Source: a virus (taxonomy: Duplodnaviria; Caudoviricetes). Taken from it: a stretch of DNA of 64,000 nt. The notes beneath the pieces were generated by a model. It searched no databases, was not told where the DNA came from, and saw only the letters and a program-made list of their open reading frames with translations. The stretch spans positions 28,207 to 92,206 of IMG/VR virus record IMGVR_UViG_3300020029_000569; one strand, written 5' to 3'. A program made the position numbers and the translations under genes. Each line of letters begins with the position of its first letter. Positions within the stretch are counted from its first letter, which is position 1. This document shows positions 33,155-43,176 of the stretch, piece after piece.

Positions 33155-33970
33155 ATGGCAGATTACCAAAATTTAAAAACAGGTCAAGTACTAACTGAAT
33201 GTGAGTTCTATGATTGCCTTATAGATAAGTGTTGTTATAAATGTAGTATGGGTTGGGCATGGGAAAACTTAACTACTCATGTTGTCCATACGGGTCAGGT
33301 ATGGCTTGAAATATTCCAATTAAACCCACCATTTTGTGATTGTGCTGATATTGGTTGTCCAAACGGTAGGGAAGTGGGTTATTTCAATATAATAGAAAGC
33401 ATCAGCATGGGTGGTATGAGTTCACAATTTGTGCAAGTCACTCTTAATGCTGCGACATTTATTGACAACGAAAGTTTAGTACCGCCAACACCCGATTACA
33501 TAGTAGATTGGGGGGATGGAAGTCCTACTCAGTCAATTACCATTGGCCAAACTCTTAATCATGCACCTGCAACAACGGGTATCGTAAAAGGGTCAATATC
33601 ATGGCAAGACGCATCAGTAGATTTTTGGTATGAGTTTAACTTTGGGGTAGTAACAAATTCACAAACAGAACGAATATCATCGGTAGATTACGATTTAGAT
33701 TGCACTTTGTATCCAAGTTACCCTGTTGACATTACAGATAGTGCTACTATTACAACTTATACAGTAAGGACAAGGGTTGGAACCATATTTGGACAAACGA
33801 TTTACAGTCTAAATGCAACAGGTCAAACCTATTCAGAAAGTGGACAACTACTAACTGATTATACTTTACCGTCAGACCAAATAGTAACTTCTTATAGCAT
33901 TAGATTTGGTGCTACAAATACACAAACATTTAGGAATACATCTGTACTAAGAACTAAATGTATTGATTAA
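33155..33970 (+). CDS. Virion protein with PKD/Ig-like motif
   Basis: VDWGDGS motif; N-terminal Cys-rich domain paralogous to the next gene. Confidence 0.55.
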   Translation: MADYQNLKTGQVLTECEFYDCLIDKCCYKCSMGWAWENLTTHVVHTGQVWLEIFQLNPPFCDCADIGCPNGREVGYFNIIESISMGGMSSQFVQVTLNAATFIDNESLVPPTPDYIVDWGDGSPTQSITIGQTLNHAPATTGIVKGSISWQDASVDFWYEFNFGVVTNSQTERISSVDYDLDCTLYPSYPVDITDSATITTYTVRTRVGTIFGQTIYSLNATGQTYSESGQLLTDYTLPSDQIVTSYSIRFGATNTQTFRNTSVLRTKCID

Positions 33971-34359
33971 TGGCAAACTATGAAAAAATAGGGAGTTTAG
34001 TTATTGTTAGCGAATGTTTATTTTATTCAATGCTGTTAGGAGATTGTAATTGCAATTTGAAATATCGTTGGAAAAATCTAACTACTAACATAACTAAAAC
34101 AGGTGCAGAGTGGAAATCGTACTTTGTCACAAACCCACCCGACTGTGCTACTGACGATAACTCACTTTATGGAACTACAATAACAGGAGTAGCAGGTAGT
34201 ACTATTACAATGCCACCCAATACAGGTACAGCATTCACTATTGCATGGGATAATACAATTATGACAAGTGGGTGGGTACAAGTTGGAACTTCAATAGATA
34301 TTACGCCCTCTGTATTAGCAGGTGGGGAAGAAGTAAAAGTAACCTATACGAAACCTTAA
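33970..34359 (+). CDS. Small virion protein, paralog of the preceding gene's N-terminal domain
   Basis: MANYEK..ECLFY..WKNLTT..TG..W..NPP aligns with MADYQN..ECEFY..WENLTT..TG..W..NPP. Confidence 0.55.
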   Translation: MANYEKIGSLVIVSECLFYSMLLGDCNCNLKYRWKNLTTNITKTGAEWKSYFVTNPPDCATDDNSLYGTTITGVAGSTITMPPNTGTAFTIAWDNTIMTSGWVQVGTSIDITPSVLAGGEEVKVTYTKP

Positions 34360-34619
34360 AAAAAAGTTTGGATATTTAGAATTAGCAATTATCTTTGTAT
34401 TTCATAACCGTGCGGTTTTTATATATCACTTAGACCACAGACCTTTGCATATACATATAATAGTGTATATAAAATGAATGAAAACACTAAAAAAAATAAG
34501 AGTTCTTTGTAGGAAAATATCAATAAGAATTTATAATATTAGAATGGCTTGTATAGGGCAAATAAGCGCAACAAAATACCCTCATAAATGGGATGATTCT
34601 TTGTCATGGGATGAAAACG

Positions 34620-34967
34620 TTAAGAGGATAGGTCAATCTTAAAATCTCGTATAGCTTCAAACGTATTTTGGGGAGGTAGTTGTATTTGCGTTAAATTCAT
34701 TCCTCCGATTCCATTTACAACGCTTTCAACTACTACTATTATCGGATTAACTCCTACTGAATTAGTAAGAGATAAAACATGATTTGAAATAGTCTGTGAA
34801 TTGGAATTGTTTTTAATTCTATATGCTGGTCGTGGCAATGCAAAATACAATCCATTACTTTCAAAGTATTTTACATATCCGTTTTTAATTAAAACATCAT
34901 ATATTCTATTATAATTATCTTCTGTGTCTCCGATAGGCAGACTAACAATAATTATGAAATTTTTCAT
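34620..34967 (-). CDS. Hypothetical protein, possible passenger gene of the IS element
   Basis: ATG at 34967; TATATTTG box at 35000-34993. Confidence 0.5.
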   Translation of the reverse strand: MKNFIIIVSLPIGDTEDNYNRIYDVLIKNGYVKYFESNGLYFALPRPAYRIKNNSNSQTISNHVLSLTNSVGVNPIIVVVESVVNGIGGMNLTQIQLPPQNTFEAIRDFKIDLSS

Positions 34968-35001
34968 CTTATTATTTGTTTTGTGGTTATTACAAATATA
35001 C

Positions 35002-35036
35002 AAAAAGGTTGGTAGTTAATTCTACCAACCTTTTTT
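35002..35036. terminator. Bidirectional terminator
   Basis: AAAAAGGTTGGTAG-ttaatt-CTACCAACCTTTTT inverted repeat. Confidence 0.75.
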
Positions 35037-35052
35037 AAATCGAATTGTATAT

Positions 35053-35280
35053 TTATAAAAAATCTTTTACATCACATTCTAATACCTCAGCTATTAATTT
35101 TAAGGTCGTTATCTTACTTCCGTAATGTCCGTTTTCTATCATGCAAATAGCCGTAAAATCCATGTTGCATAATTTCCCCATTTCACGGATATTAATACCC
35201 CTTGAACGTCTTATTATTCGCATTTTTGCGCCCATGCTAACCAAATAAGGGTCTTTTACTATTTCTCTTTTTTGTCGCAT
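35053..35280 (-). CDS. XRE/Cro-C1 helix-turn-helix regulator
   Basis: RIIRRSRGINIREMG...ICMIENG...TLKLIAEVLEC pattern; overlaps the transposase 3' end. Confidence 0.85.
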   Translation of the reverse strand: MRQKREIVKDPYLVSMGAKMRIIRRSRGINIREMGKLCNMDFTAICMIENGHYGSKITTLKLIAEVLECDVKDFL

Positions 35281-36203
35281 GTTGAAGTTAATTTTTTATA
35301 GTTCAAATTTCCATTACAGTTACTCAATGCTGCCTGAAATCTATCGGACTGACATATTTGTTTGCTGTTATATCTAAAAGCGTTTTCATTGCAATACCGT
35401 TGCAAGTGTTTAGGACTTACAAAGTGGTGAATACCTGCGATTTGCTTTTTTAATATATTCCAATATCCCTCTATCGTATTAGTATGCACTACTAAATTTT
35501 CAGTATATCTTACATATTCATCGGCTCTATGATAAACACTTTCATGTTTATATTCTCCGCTTACTTGTCTGTATCCGCTTTTTTCATCTGATACCATAGT
35601 ACTATTTGGCTTAACAAATTCTTTAACTGCCTGAACTAATGTACTTGCATCAGTATCGGGTATTACTTTTGTTTTTACTTTGCCATTTCTCTGAACTGCA
35701 CCAAATACAGGTGTTTTATTATCCAATGGCTTTTTACCTTTCTTTTTACTTCTATGTATATTGCCTAATTTGCCCCCGATAAACGTCTCGTCGCATTCCA
35801 CAACATTTTCAAGCAAAGCAGGTGCGCTATCTTTCAGCATTTCACGGATACGGTGGTTTAAATGCCATGCTGATTTTTGAGTAATACCGAGCCACCCAGC
35901 TAACTGCAAACTGCTAATACCCTTACTATGTACAGTAAGTATGTAAGTAGCTAAAAACCACTTTGTAAGGGGGATTTTAGTATTCTCATACACAGAGCCA
36001 ACAAGTACAGAAAATTTAAAACCGTTGCATTGCTTTTCACGACATTTAAATGTTTTACGATTACTAAAACGACAAACATTTATAGAGCCACATTGAGGGC
36101 AGGCAGGCGTGCCGTTCCACCTCTGCAACTCTAAATACTTTCTGCACTTTTCATCAGTATTGAAGCGTTTTTGAAATTCTAATAAGTTTTTGAAGTGTAT
36201 CAT
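35259..36203 (-). mobile_element. IS1595-family (ISXO2-like) transposase
   Basis: N-terminal Zn ribbon (CPQC..CREKQC), KGISSLQL HTH, DDE-type motifs VECDETF, VSDE, HTNTIEGYW, FRYN; element ends not resolved. Confidence 0.92.
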
Positions 36204-36307
36204 TTTAAAGAGTTATGAAATGTAAAGGTATATACATTGTATATACTTTCAAAGTATTTAGTAAGTTATTTTTAAAAATGTATATATTTTATTATTACCT
36301 TTGCTTT

Positions 36308-36499
36308 ATGAAAGATAATCAGGTATTAATCAAATTGTCTGAAGATGAAAAGAAAGCATTTAAGAAGGCTGCTGAATTAAGTGGTATAGGCTTTTCAGCA
36401 TGGGCAAGGCAGCAATTAAGAGCAGCAGCCATAAAAGATTTAAATGCAGCAGGTATAGAAGTAGATTTTTTAAAAACTCCCACCAATGGCAAAAGCTAA
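36308..36499 (+). CDS. Ribbon-helix-helix-type small DNA-binding protein
   Basis: MKDNQVLIKLSEDEKKAFKKAAELSGIGFSAWAR; TACCTTTG box at 36296-36303; divergent from the transposase. Confidence 0.65.
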   Translation: MKDNQVLIKLSEDEKKAFKKAAELSGIGFSAWARQQLRAAAIKDLNAAGIEVDFLKTPTNGKS

Positions 36500-36629
36500 A
36501 AAAATAATATTGAAAGAAGAAGATTTAAAGGACAGTAAAGAATCATCTTTATTATTTCACAACATAATGAAAGCATCTGTAAGCATTCTACCCAAAAAGA
36601 AAGTTGAAAAGAAAAAGAAGGAAAATTAA
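36486..36629 (+). CDS. 47-aa basic peptide (…FHNIMKASV…)
   Basis: Hand translation; overlaps the 3' end of the RHH gene. Confidence 0.5.
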   Translation: MAKAKKIILKEEDLKDSKESSLLFHNIMKASVSILPKKKVEKKKKEN

Positions 36630-36654
36630 AAATTTGTATATACATTTGTAAAAA

Positions 36655-36905
36655 CAAAGCAACCCCGACAAGCGATTTCACCTAATGAGGGTACTCATAT
36701 GAGAAGTTCTACTTGCGGGGAATTGGGTTGAAGCTATACAATTAACAACTTCCCTATGCTCTGGTGCTGCGTCAACAGCTTTATTTACAAAAAAGCGAGA
36801 GGGGGTTTGGATCCCTAACAGGCTGTTAATCTTTAACCTGTTGTCACCGACCTCGAATCTTCAAGAATTTATACCCCGCCTGCTGCAAACAAGCGGTTTT
36901 TTTTA
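36655..36905 (+). ncRNA. Candidate structured non-coding RNA
   Basis: TACATTTG box at 36641-36648; GC-richer non-coding segment with several nested stems; ends in a CCGC..GCGG-T-run terminator. Confidence 0.4.
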
Positions 36906-36928
36906 TTTAAAAAATGTATATTTGAAAA

Positions 36929-39061
36929 ATGAAAAAGATACTTATATTAATGACAATTATATTTTTGTCATACTTCTCGAAGGCTCAAGGTATTACCACT
37001 CAAGGGGCGGCAAATTCATCAATAATTTCAAGGGGTGGATTACTTGCAGATAGTATGTTTGTAGTTCCTTTAAGGGATACTATCCCCCCCCCAACTTATA
37101 ATAATACTCTAAGAAAAACAGGGGCAATAGTAATTAAAAGTAGTAACCAATTACCATATTATTTTAATGGAACAAAATGGGTACAATTTTCTATTGGAAC
37201 AAGTAATGGATATGTACTATATTCCGACAGTAATACAGTCTATGTAACACAATACGGTGCTGATACTGCAAGGAGTACTATAAATACTCAAATAGGACTA
37301 AGGGTCAAGTATTCAGATAGTGTGACTACTTATGTTACTCCAACAATGTTAAATGACACAGCAGCAGCAATAAGGGCAGCAATACCCGCTATACCTACTC
37401 TATATTATCAAACAGTACAAAGAAATGCAGTATCAGTAACACAAAGACCACGACTTAATTTTAGTACTCAATTTTCAGCAACAGATAATGGGGGTAATAC
37501 TTCATCAGATATAGCAGTAACTTCAATAGCACAAAATATAGTAACAGGACTACAAGATAGTTTAAACACAAGAGTTCGGTACACCGATACAAGTTCTATA
37601 TTAGGTAATTATGCTTATAAAGACGGGTCAAATGCAACAGGAACATGGAACAATAACGCCAATACTGCAACAAAATGGATAACGCCACGTACAGTAGCAA
37701 TAACAGGAGATTTGACTTACAATTCGGGTAATTTAGACGGGTCAACAAGCGTAACAGCAGCAGGTACGTTAGCAACCGTAAATGCAAATACAGGAACATT
37801 TGGGAGTGCTACACAAGCACCAATATTTACTGTAAATGGAAAAGGATTAATTACGGCAGCAAGCAACACTACTATCACTCCCGCTATTGGTAGTATTACT
37901 GGATTAGGTACAGGCGTGGCAACTGCATTAGGAGTAAATGTAGGAACGGCAGGGGCTTTTGTCGTCAACGGGGGCGCACTCGGCACTCCATCAAGCGGTA
38001 ACGGATCAAATCTGACTAACATTACCGCTACTACCAACGCAAATCTTACTGGCCCTATAACGTCAGTAGGTAATACAACATCTGTTGCATCTCAAACAGG
38101 CACAGGGTCAACGTTTGCAATGTCAGTTGGGCCATCATTTACAGGCACTGCCAATGCAGTAAATATGAATGTCGGTGGCGGCACCTCGAATGCTGTAGTT
38201 ACAGCAACAAGCGCAACGGATATATCACTCACATCTACAGGTCATGGCTTGACGGTAGGAGGTGCTGCATCATCAACTAATATGGCACTTGGAGAATATG
38301 CCACCGGTGTAGGAATACAAGCCCGAAATAACGGTAATGTCGGTGTGCTGCATCTTAATGCAGAAGGTGGCGATGTTCGTGCAGGATTTAACGCACCGGC
38401 AGGCGCAAGTAATTTAACATTGTTTCAAACAGGCACAGGTACAGGTGACTATGCTGAAATATCAGCGCGTAACGGTGCAGGTGCAGCAGCAGATGGGTTA
38501 TTACATAGAACATTTGGAACGGCATGGACAACTTCGGGCAGTAACTTTCAGGACGGTGCTGCATCAATGACAGGTACAAACCTAAGTGGTGGCTATTCAA
38601 TAGGCACTCAGGCATCGGCAGATTTGCGATTTTACACCAACAATACATTACGCACAACATGGGCAGCGGCGACAGGCAATATTACAACAACAGGCGGTAT
38701 AGCTTCTTCTTCTGTCAGTGCAGGGATTGGATATGCAGTTGGTGCGGGTTTAGTGGTTACGCAAATCACTTCAAAGGCGACAGGAGTTACGATTAATGCA
38801 GTAACGGGCGCAATTACAACTAACAATGCAGCTTTAGCGGCAGGTGCAGAAGTAAAATTTACTGTAACAAATTCTCGTGTTGCTGCAATAGACATACCAA
38901 TTGTGGCAATAAAATCAGGTGGCACATCGGGTCGTTATCTAATTACAGTCAGTGCTGTGGCGGCAGGTAGTTTTGATATTGTGCTTTCAAACGTAAGCGC
39001 AGGTAGTCTTAGTGAAGCGGTAGTTATAAATTTTGGAATTATTAAAGGTCAAGTAAATTAA
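36929..39061 (+). CDS. Tail fibre-like G/T/A/S-rich protein with N-terminal signal peptide
   Basis: 710 aa; repeated VxYSDS motifs; TVNGKGLITAAS fibre motif; MKKILILMTIIFLSYFSKA|Q start. Confidence 0.6.
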   Translation: MKKILILMTIIFLSYFSKAQGITTQGAANSSIISRGGLLADSMFVVPLRDTIPPPTYNNTLRKTGAIVIKSSNQLPYYFNGTKWVQFSIGTSNGYVLYSDSNTVYVTQYGADTARSTINTQIGLRVKYSDSVTTYVTPTMLNDTAAAIRAAIPAIPTLYYQTVQRNAVSVTQRPRLNFSTQFSATDNGGNTSSDIAVTSIAQNIVTGLQDSLNTRVRYTDTSSILGNYAYKDGSNATGTWNNNANTATKWITPRTVAITGDLTYNSGNLDGSTSVTAAGTLATVNANTGTFGSATQAPIFTVNGKGLITAASNTTITPAIGSITGLGTGVATALGVNVGTAGAFVVNGGALGTPSSGNGSNLTNITATTNANLTGPITSVGNTTSVASQTGTGSTFAMSVGPSFTGTANAVNMNVGGGTSNAVVTATSATDISLTSTGHGLTVGGAASSTNMALGEYATGVGIQARNNGNVGVLHLNAEGGDVRAGFNAPAGASNLTLFQTGTGTGDYAEISARNGAGAAADGLLHRTFGTAWTTSGSNFQDGAASMTGTNLSGGYSIGTQASADLRFYTNNTLRTTWAAATGNITTTGGIASSSVSAGIGYAVGAGLVVTQITSKATGVTINAVTGAITTNNAALAAGAEVKFTVTNSRVAAIDIPIVAIKSGGTSGRYLITVSAVAAGSFDIVLSNVSAGSLSEAVVINFGIIKGQVN

Positions 39062-39066
39062 TAAAT

Positions 39067-39822
39067 ATGAAAATAAAATGTATAGACTGCGGCAAAGAGC
39101 GAAACGTCAGAGGTGCGCGCGCGAAGTATCAGAAAAGGTGTCAAGATTGTAATCAAAAAAATAGGGCGGGACAAACACTGCCACAAATAGATATTGTTGG
39201 GCAAACATACGGTAAACTTACAGTCTTAAAATATAATAGCGGGTCTCGCACTAAAAAAGCTACATGGGCTTGCAAGTGCGACTGCGGGGGCATGGCACAT
39301 GTTATTGGAGCGAATCTTAAAAATGGTACAACTAAAAGTTGCGGCTGTATTAGCATTGATAGAATGGCTAAGTTAAATAAAACACATGGTTTATCTTCTA
39401 AAGTTCCTGAATATAGCGTTTGGGCAGATATGAGAAGTAGGTGTACGAATACTAATAGAAAGTGTTACGCAGACTATGGAGCAAGGGGAATAAAAGTTTG
39501 TGAAAGATGGGATTCATTTGAGAATTTTTATTCAGACATGGGCAAACGACCAACATCAAAGCATAGTATAGAAAGAGATGATGTAAATGGAGATTATGAA
39601 CCGTCTAATTGCAGATGGGCAACACAAGTTGAACAAGCGAACAACAAGACAAATAGCGTTTACTATACATACAAAGGAACAACAAAAACATTTGCAAATT
39701 GGATGAGGATACTGTCAATTAGCAGAACCCATTTCGGCAGAATGATTAAGCGAATGACTTTTGAAGAAATAGTCGAAAAGTATCCACCGATAGATGCAGT
39801 AATTAAAGCAGCAAATAATTAA
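39067..39822 (+). CDS. Free-standing HNH homing endonuclease with Zn-ribbon
   Basis: CKCDCG, TKSCGC, YGARGIKVCERW, HSIERDDVNGDYEPSNCRWAT..QANN. Confidence 0.9.
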   Translation: MKIKCIDCGKERNVRGARAKYQKRCQDCNQKNRAGQTLPQIDIVGQTYGKLTVLKYNSGSRTKKATWACKCDCGGMAHVIGANLKNGTTKSCGCISIDRMAKLNKTHGLSSKVPEYSVWADMRSRCTNTNRKCYADYGARGIKVCERWDSFENFYSDMGKRPTSKHSIERDDVNGDYEPSNCRWATQVEQANNKTNSVYYTYKGTTKTFANWMRILSISRTHFGRMIKRMTFEEIVEKYPPIDAVIKAANN

Positions 39823-39823
39823 C

Positions 39824-40438
39824 ATGAAAAAACTCCTATTCCTTCTCCTATTACCATTCACGCTATCAGCGCAGTATGTAGATACATATTCCAACATTCA
39901 AACATTAAAAGCATCAGGACTATTAGTTTCGGGAATGTCATACATGATAACCGACTTAGGTAAGATGGAAATAATGGCAAGGACTATAAACTCATTTTAC
40001 CCTATACCAATTAAAAGAACTCCATTTGCAATGGAATACGATTTTGAGACTTTTAATTTTGATACCAAAGTAGTAACAGGGTATGATAATATCCAATGTG
40101 TAGCACGTTGTAATAGTGGGGTGTGGGCTTTAATTAATGACGTAGGACATACCCCTTACAAAGCAGCATACGCATCTAATAACCTAATGGTTCACTTCTA
40201 TAAAACATACGATAAGGTAATATCTTCATCTACTAATATTGATGATGGGTACGCAGCAAGTTCTTTAATGATTTCATGTGGGGCAAGTGTTTCTTTTAAC
40301 TATATAGCAGTTTTGCTGTATAAGACCGTATTTAATAACGGAATACCAACAAAAGTACAAATGACACTCCAAGAAGCGAGTATAGCAGGAGCAAATATAT
40401 TTTTATACGTTACAATGGCAAAATTTATACCTTTATAA
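39824..40438 (+). CDS. Secreted-type hypothetical protein
   Basis: MKKLLFLLLLPFTLSA|Q signal peptide. Confidence 0.6.
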   Translation: MKKLLFLLLLPFTLSAQYVDTYSNIQTLKASGLLVSGMSYMITDLGKMEIMARTINSFYPIPIKRTPFAMEYDFETFNFDTKVVTGYDNIQCVARCNSGVWALINDVGHTPYKAAYASNNLMVHFYKTYDKVISSSTNIDDGYAASSLMISCGASVSFNYIAVLLYKTVFNNGIPTKVQMTLQEASIAGANIFLYVTMAKFIPL

Positions 40439-40657
40439 TGCAAAATATTCAAAATCAATTAATTATCTTTACAAAATGGATACTATAAAAGTAAAAGACG
40501 GCAAAATCTATGAAAGTCAAGACGTAGAAATAAACCTACCGCAACTTGAAATAGAATTAGAGGAAAGACAAAAAAGCATTGATGAACAAATAGCCAATGT
40601 CAACGCCCTAAAAGAAAAAATAGAATACATAAAATTACTTCAAAAAAAATAATAAAA

Positions 40658-40858
40658 ATGCCACAATTTGTATTACAAATAGACGGTGCAACACCACCAA
40701 AATATATCCTCGCAGTAACAAGAGATACGGCAGGTGCAATTACAAACTATACAACTACTACCGCTATTACTGCCGCATGGCACGGTACAGAAACAGAAGC
40801 AATTGCTTTGAGTACTGAATTAACAGGATTTGTAGGAACAACGCCCGTTAGAAAATAG
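40658..40858 (+). CDS. Hypothetical protein
   Basis: 66-aa ORF with A-rich leader. Confidence 0.55.
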   Translation: MPQFVLQIDGATPPKYILAVTRDTAGAITNYTTTTAITAAWHGTETEAIALSTELTGFVGTTPVRK

Positions 40859-41199
40859 TGAATACTGTACGGAAAATAGCATTTGTTATCGGATTCGCAT
40901 TTCCTATGTATGGATATGCGATTTTAGGTAAACAATGGTTTGATTTATGCACACAAGTTTTCATTATGACTATTCTTGCATTATTGCTTGAATTTGTTAT
41001 AAAACTAAAAGATAAAACTTACATTGCAATGATAGTATCTGCAATGGGTACTGTTTTATATGCAATGGCAAAACAAGTCCTAAAGGTTGGAACTGTCTAT
41101 GTTTGGACTGATGAAGTGATGTGGTGGTTAGTACCTTTTGTATTTGTGCTAATCCTCATTATTGATTTAGTTAAAACATATCGTAATGCAACCAAATAG
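40858..41199 (+). CDS. Membrane protein (4 hydrophobic segments)
   Basis: Hydrophobic stretches in the translation. Confidence 0.55.
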   Translation: MNTVRKIAFVIGFAFPMYGYAILGKQWFDLCTQVFIMTILALLLEFVIKLKDKTYIAMIVSAMGTVLYAMAKQVLKVGTVYVWTDEVMWWLVPFVFVLILIIDLVKTYRNATK

Positions 41200-41442
41200 C
41201 ACTCATGTCGGAATGATAATTTTTTTTTGTAACTTTGTTAGTAGTGGTATTGATTATTGCTATTTACAAAGTAAAAAAATATAAAAAAGGACAAATTGCA
41301 GACTATAAAAAACTAAGTGAAGCGTGTATAAAAAGCATTGATATTTTTACAGTAGAGAGCAAAAAATTACATGACATAACGGAGTGTTTAATGAAAGAAA
41401 TGGTTGATTTTAAAAAAAGCGATATTTACAAAAATTACAAGA

Positions 41443-41787
41443 ATGACAGAAGAAACTAAAGAACTTTTAAAACTTTTTGGAGTTATATGCACTCCTATCG
41501 TTACATTTTTTGTAGGTAAATCGGGTATCGTAAAAAGGTATTTTGAGAATCGTCTATCTAAAGTAGAACGCCAACAAAAACGTGAAGAATCGGAAGTGGA
41601 AAAGACTAAATTAGAGAATGAACAACTACATAGATTAGTAGATGATCTGACGCAAAAAGTATCTCATTTAGAAAAAGAATTAGCCACCACTAACCTTAAA
41701 TTGAAACTACTTTTAGCATATTTTGAGAAAACACAACCTGATGCTGATAGTTTCATTGAAAACCTAAAAAGAACATCTGAACAATAA
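41443..41787 (+). CDS. N-terminal TM plus coiled-coil protein (lysis-module candidate)
   Basis: Hydrophobic N-terminus followed by a heptad-rich region. Confidence 0.5.
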   Translation: MTEETKELLKLFGVICTPIVTFFVGKSGIVKRYFENRLSKVERQQKREESEVEKTKLENEQLHRLVDDLTQKVSHLEKELATTNLKLKLLLAYFEKTQPDADSFIENLKRTSEQ

Positions 41788-41801
41788 AAAAAAACTCAAT
41801 T

Positions 41802-42077
41802 ATGACAAATAGAAACACAGTACTTATTGACGGTAAAGCGATTGATATTTCAGATACTAAAACATCATTATCATTCAAATCCCCATCTCCTAAATGGGCA
41901 AGTCAAGTATTCAATATTTGGGTCACCTTATCTATGATTGCAGCATTAGCAATTGTTACCTTTTCCGATGAAATACCTGACGATACAGAAGCTATTATAA
42001 ACAAGTCATTGCTATTTGGGACGGGCGTTATGAGGATACTTACAAAAGCCTTTGGACTTGAAGTAAAAGAAGATTAG
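41802..42077 (+). CDS. Putative holin
   Basis: 91 aa; two hydrophobic segments; SPSPKW motif; end of the late operon. Confidence 0.45.
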   Translation: MTNRNTVLIDGKAIDISDTKTSLSFKSPSPKWASQVFNIWVTLSMIAALAIVTFSDEIPDDTEAIINKSLLFGTGVMRILTKAFGLEVKED

Positions 42078-42316
42078 ATAGTAACACTCGAATAGTCTGA
42101 ATATGTCAATTTCCCCTTTTCGTTTATAATACCAATACATACTGAAAGCGGGGCATTTTGACAAGATTCAACAGCTAATAGTACAAATCCATCAGAAGGT
42201 TGATAGAATACCGAAAAATCAAAATCTATATATTTAGATAATTGCCTTTCTACTTCTCCCAATTCAGAATCATATTTTGACTTAGCGTTAATTAATTTAC
42301 TTATTTTAATTTTCAT
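42074..42316 (-). CDS. Hypothetical protein
   Basis: 80-aa ORF. Confidence 0.55.
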   Translation of the reverse strand: MKIKISKLINAKSKYDSELGEVERQLSKYIDFDFSVFYQPSDGFVLLAVESCQNAPLSVCIGIINEKGKLTYSDYSSVTI

Positions 42317-42318
42317 AT

Positions 42319-42522
42319 TTAATTTATTAGTGGTAATTGTATTTCTGATTTGTTTACGAAAGTATAGAACTTTTCATAGTTAAGATTTCTATTCATACCA
42401 TTATCAATTCTATCAATGCTATGTTGTGATTGATTTGATACATCTAATCTTTTAACTACCTCTCTACTTTCATATTCTCTAATTTCAAGGTATGTGAATA
42501 CACCTACTTTTTGATTATTCAT
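42319..42522 (-). CDS. Hypothetical protein
   Basis: 67-aa ORF, adjacent to the previous gene. Confidence 0.55.
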   Translation of the reverse strand: MNNQKVGVFTYLEIREYESREVVKRLDVSNQSQHSIDRIDNGMNRNLNYEKFYTFVNKSEIQLPLIN

Positions 42523-42841
42523 ATTTGTATTTCTTTTTAGATATTTTAATTAACCACTTTCTTGTTTTCTTACTAATACTTACGGGTTGGTGTCTTAGTG
42601 GTAGTTTCTTTTTCATAGTTATATTTTATCACTCCAAACATATTTTACGGGGTCATACTTTTTTGGGTCTTTGTAATCTTTGACATTTATCGCATCTTTC
42701 GCACGTCCTATCAAATCCTTCTTCTATTAAATATTTCAATTTAACGTCCTTGTATCTACTCCATTTAGTAATCTCCCATTTGTGTAGTCCTAATTTGCAT
42801 AGGAATATATTTATCAGTTTCATTCTTATCGGGTTATTTCA

Positions 42842-43063
42842 TTATTCATTAAACCAAATATTACTAACATACGCTGAATCTTTAGTATAGTTATTAACCC
42901 CTGTAACCTCTCTTAATCTACCACAAGCATACCCATTTTCAAAGACTGCCATTAAATCATTTTCTTTCATACTTGCAGTATCAGATAGACTTACAACCGT
43001 TACGCCAATGGTCATTGCCATACCGATAACAATTCCTACTAATAAACTTAATTTGTTTTTCAT
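42842..43063 (-). CDS. Small membrane-anchored protein
   Basis: ATG at 43063; TACCTTTG box at 43090-43083. Confidence 0.55.
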   Translation of the reverse strand: MKNKLSLLVGIVIGMAMTIGVTVVSLSDTASMKENDLMAVFENGYACGRLREVTGVNNYTKDSAYVSNIWFNE

Positions 43064-43176
43064 TTTTTTTAATATTTTTAGACAAAGGTAATACGGCAAA
43101 TCGGATTAAAAAATATTTTACACATTTTTTTGTACAATTCTTTGAATTATAAAATTGTTTTATGTATCTTTGTTTT

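Noticed and set aside
36655-36905. tRNA gene
   Set aside because: No cloverleaf with a GTTCRA T-loop; no tRNA was recognised anywhere in the window.
34360-36930. Precise IS1595 terminal inverted repeats and target duplication
   Set aside because: Only AT-rich partial matches seen; no convincing pair could be assigned by eye.
36929-39061. Diversity-generating retroelement targeting the fibre gene
   Set aside because: No reverse transcriptase and no template/variable repeat pair noticed in the window.
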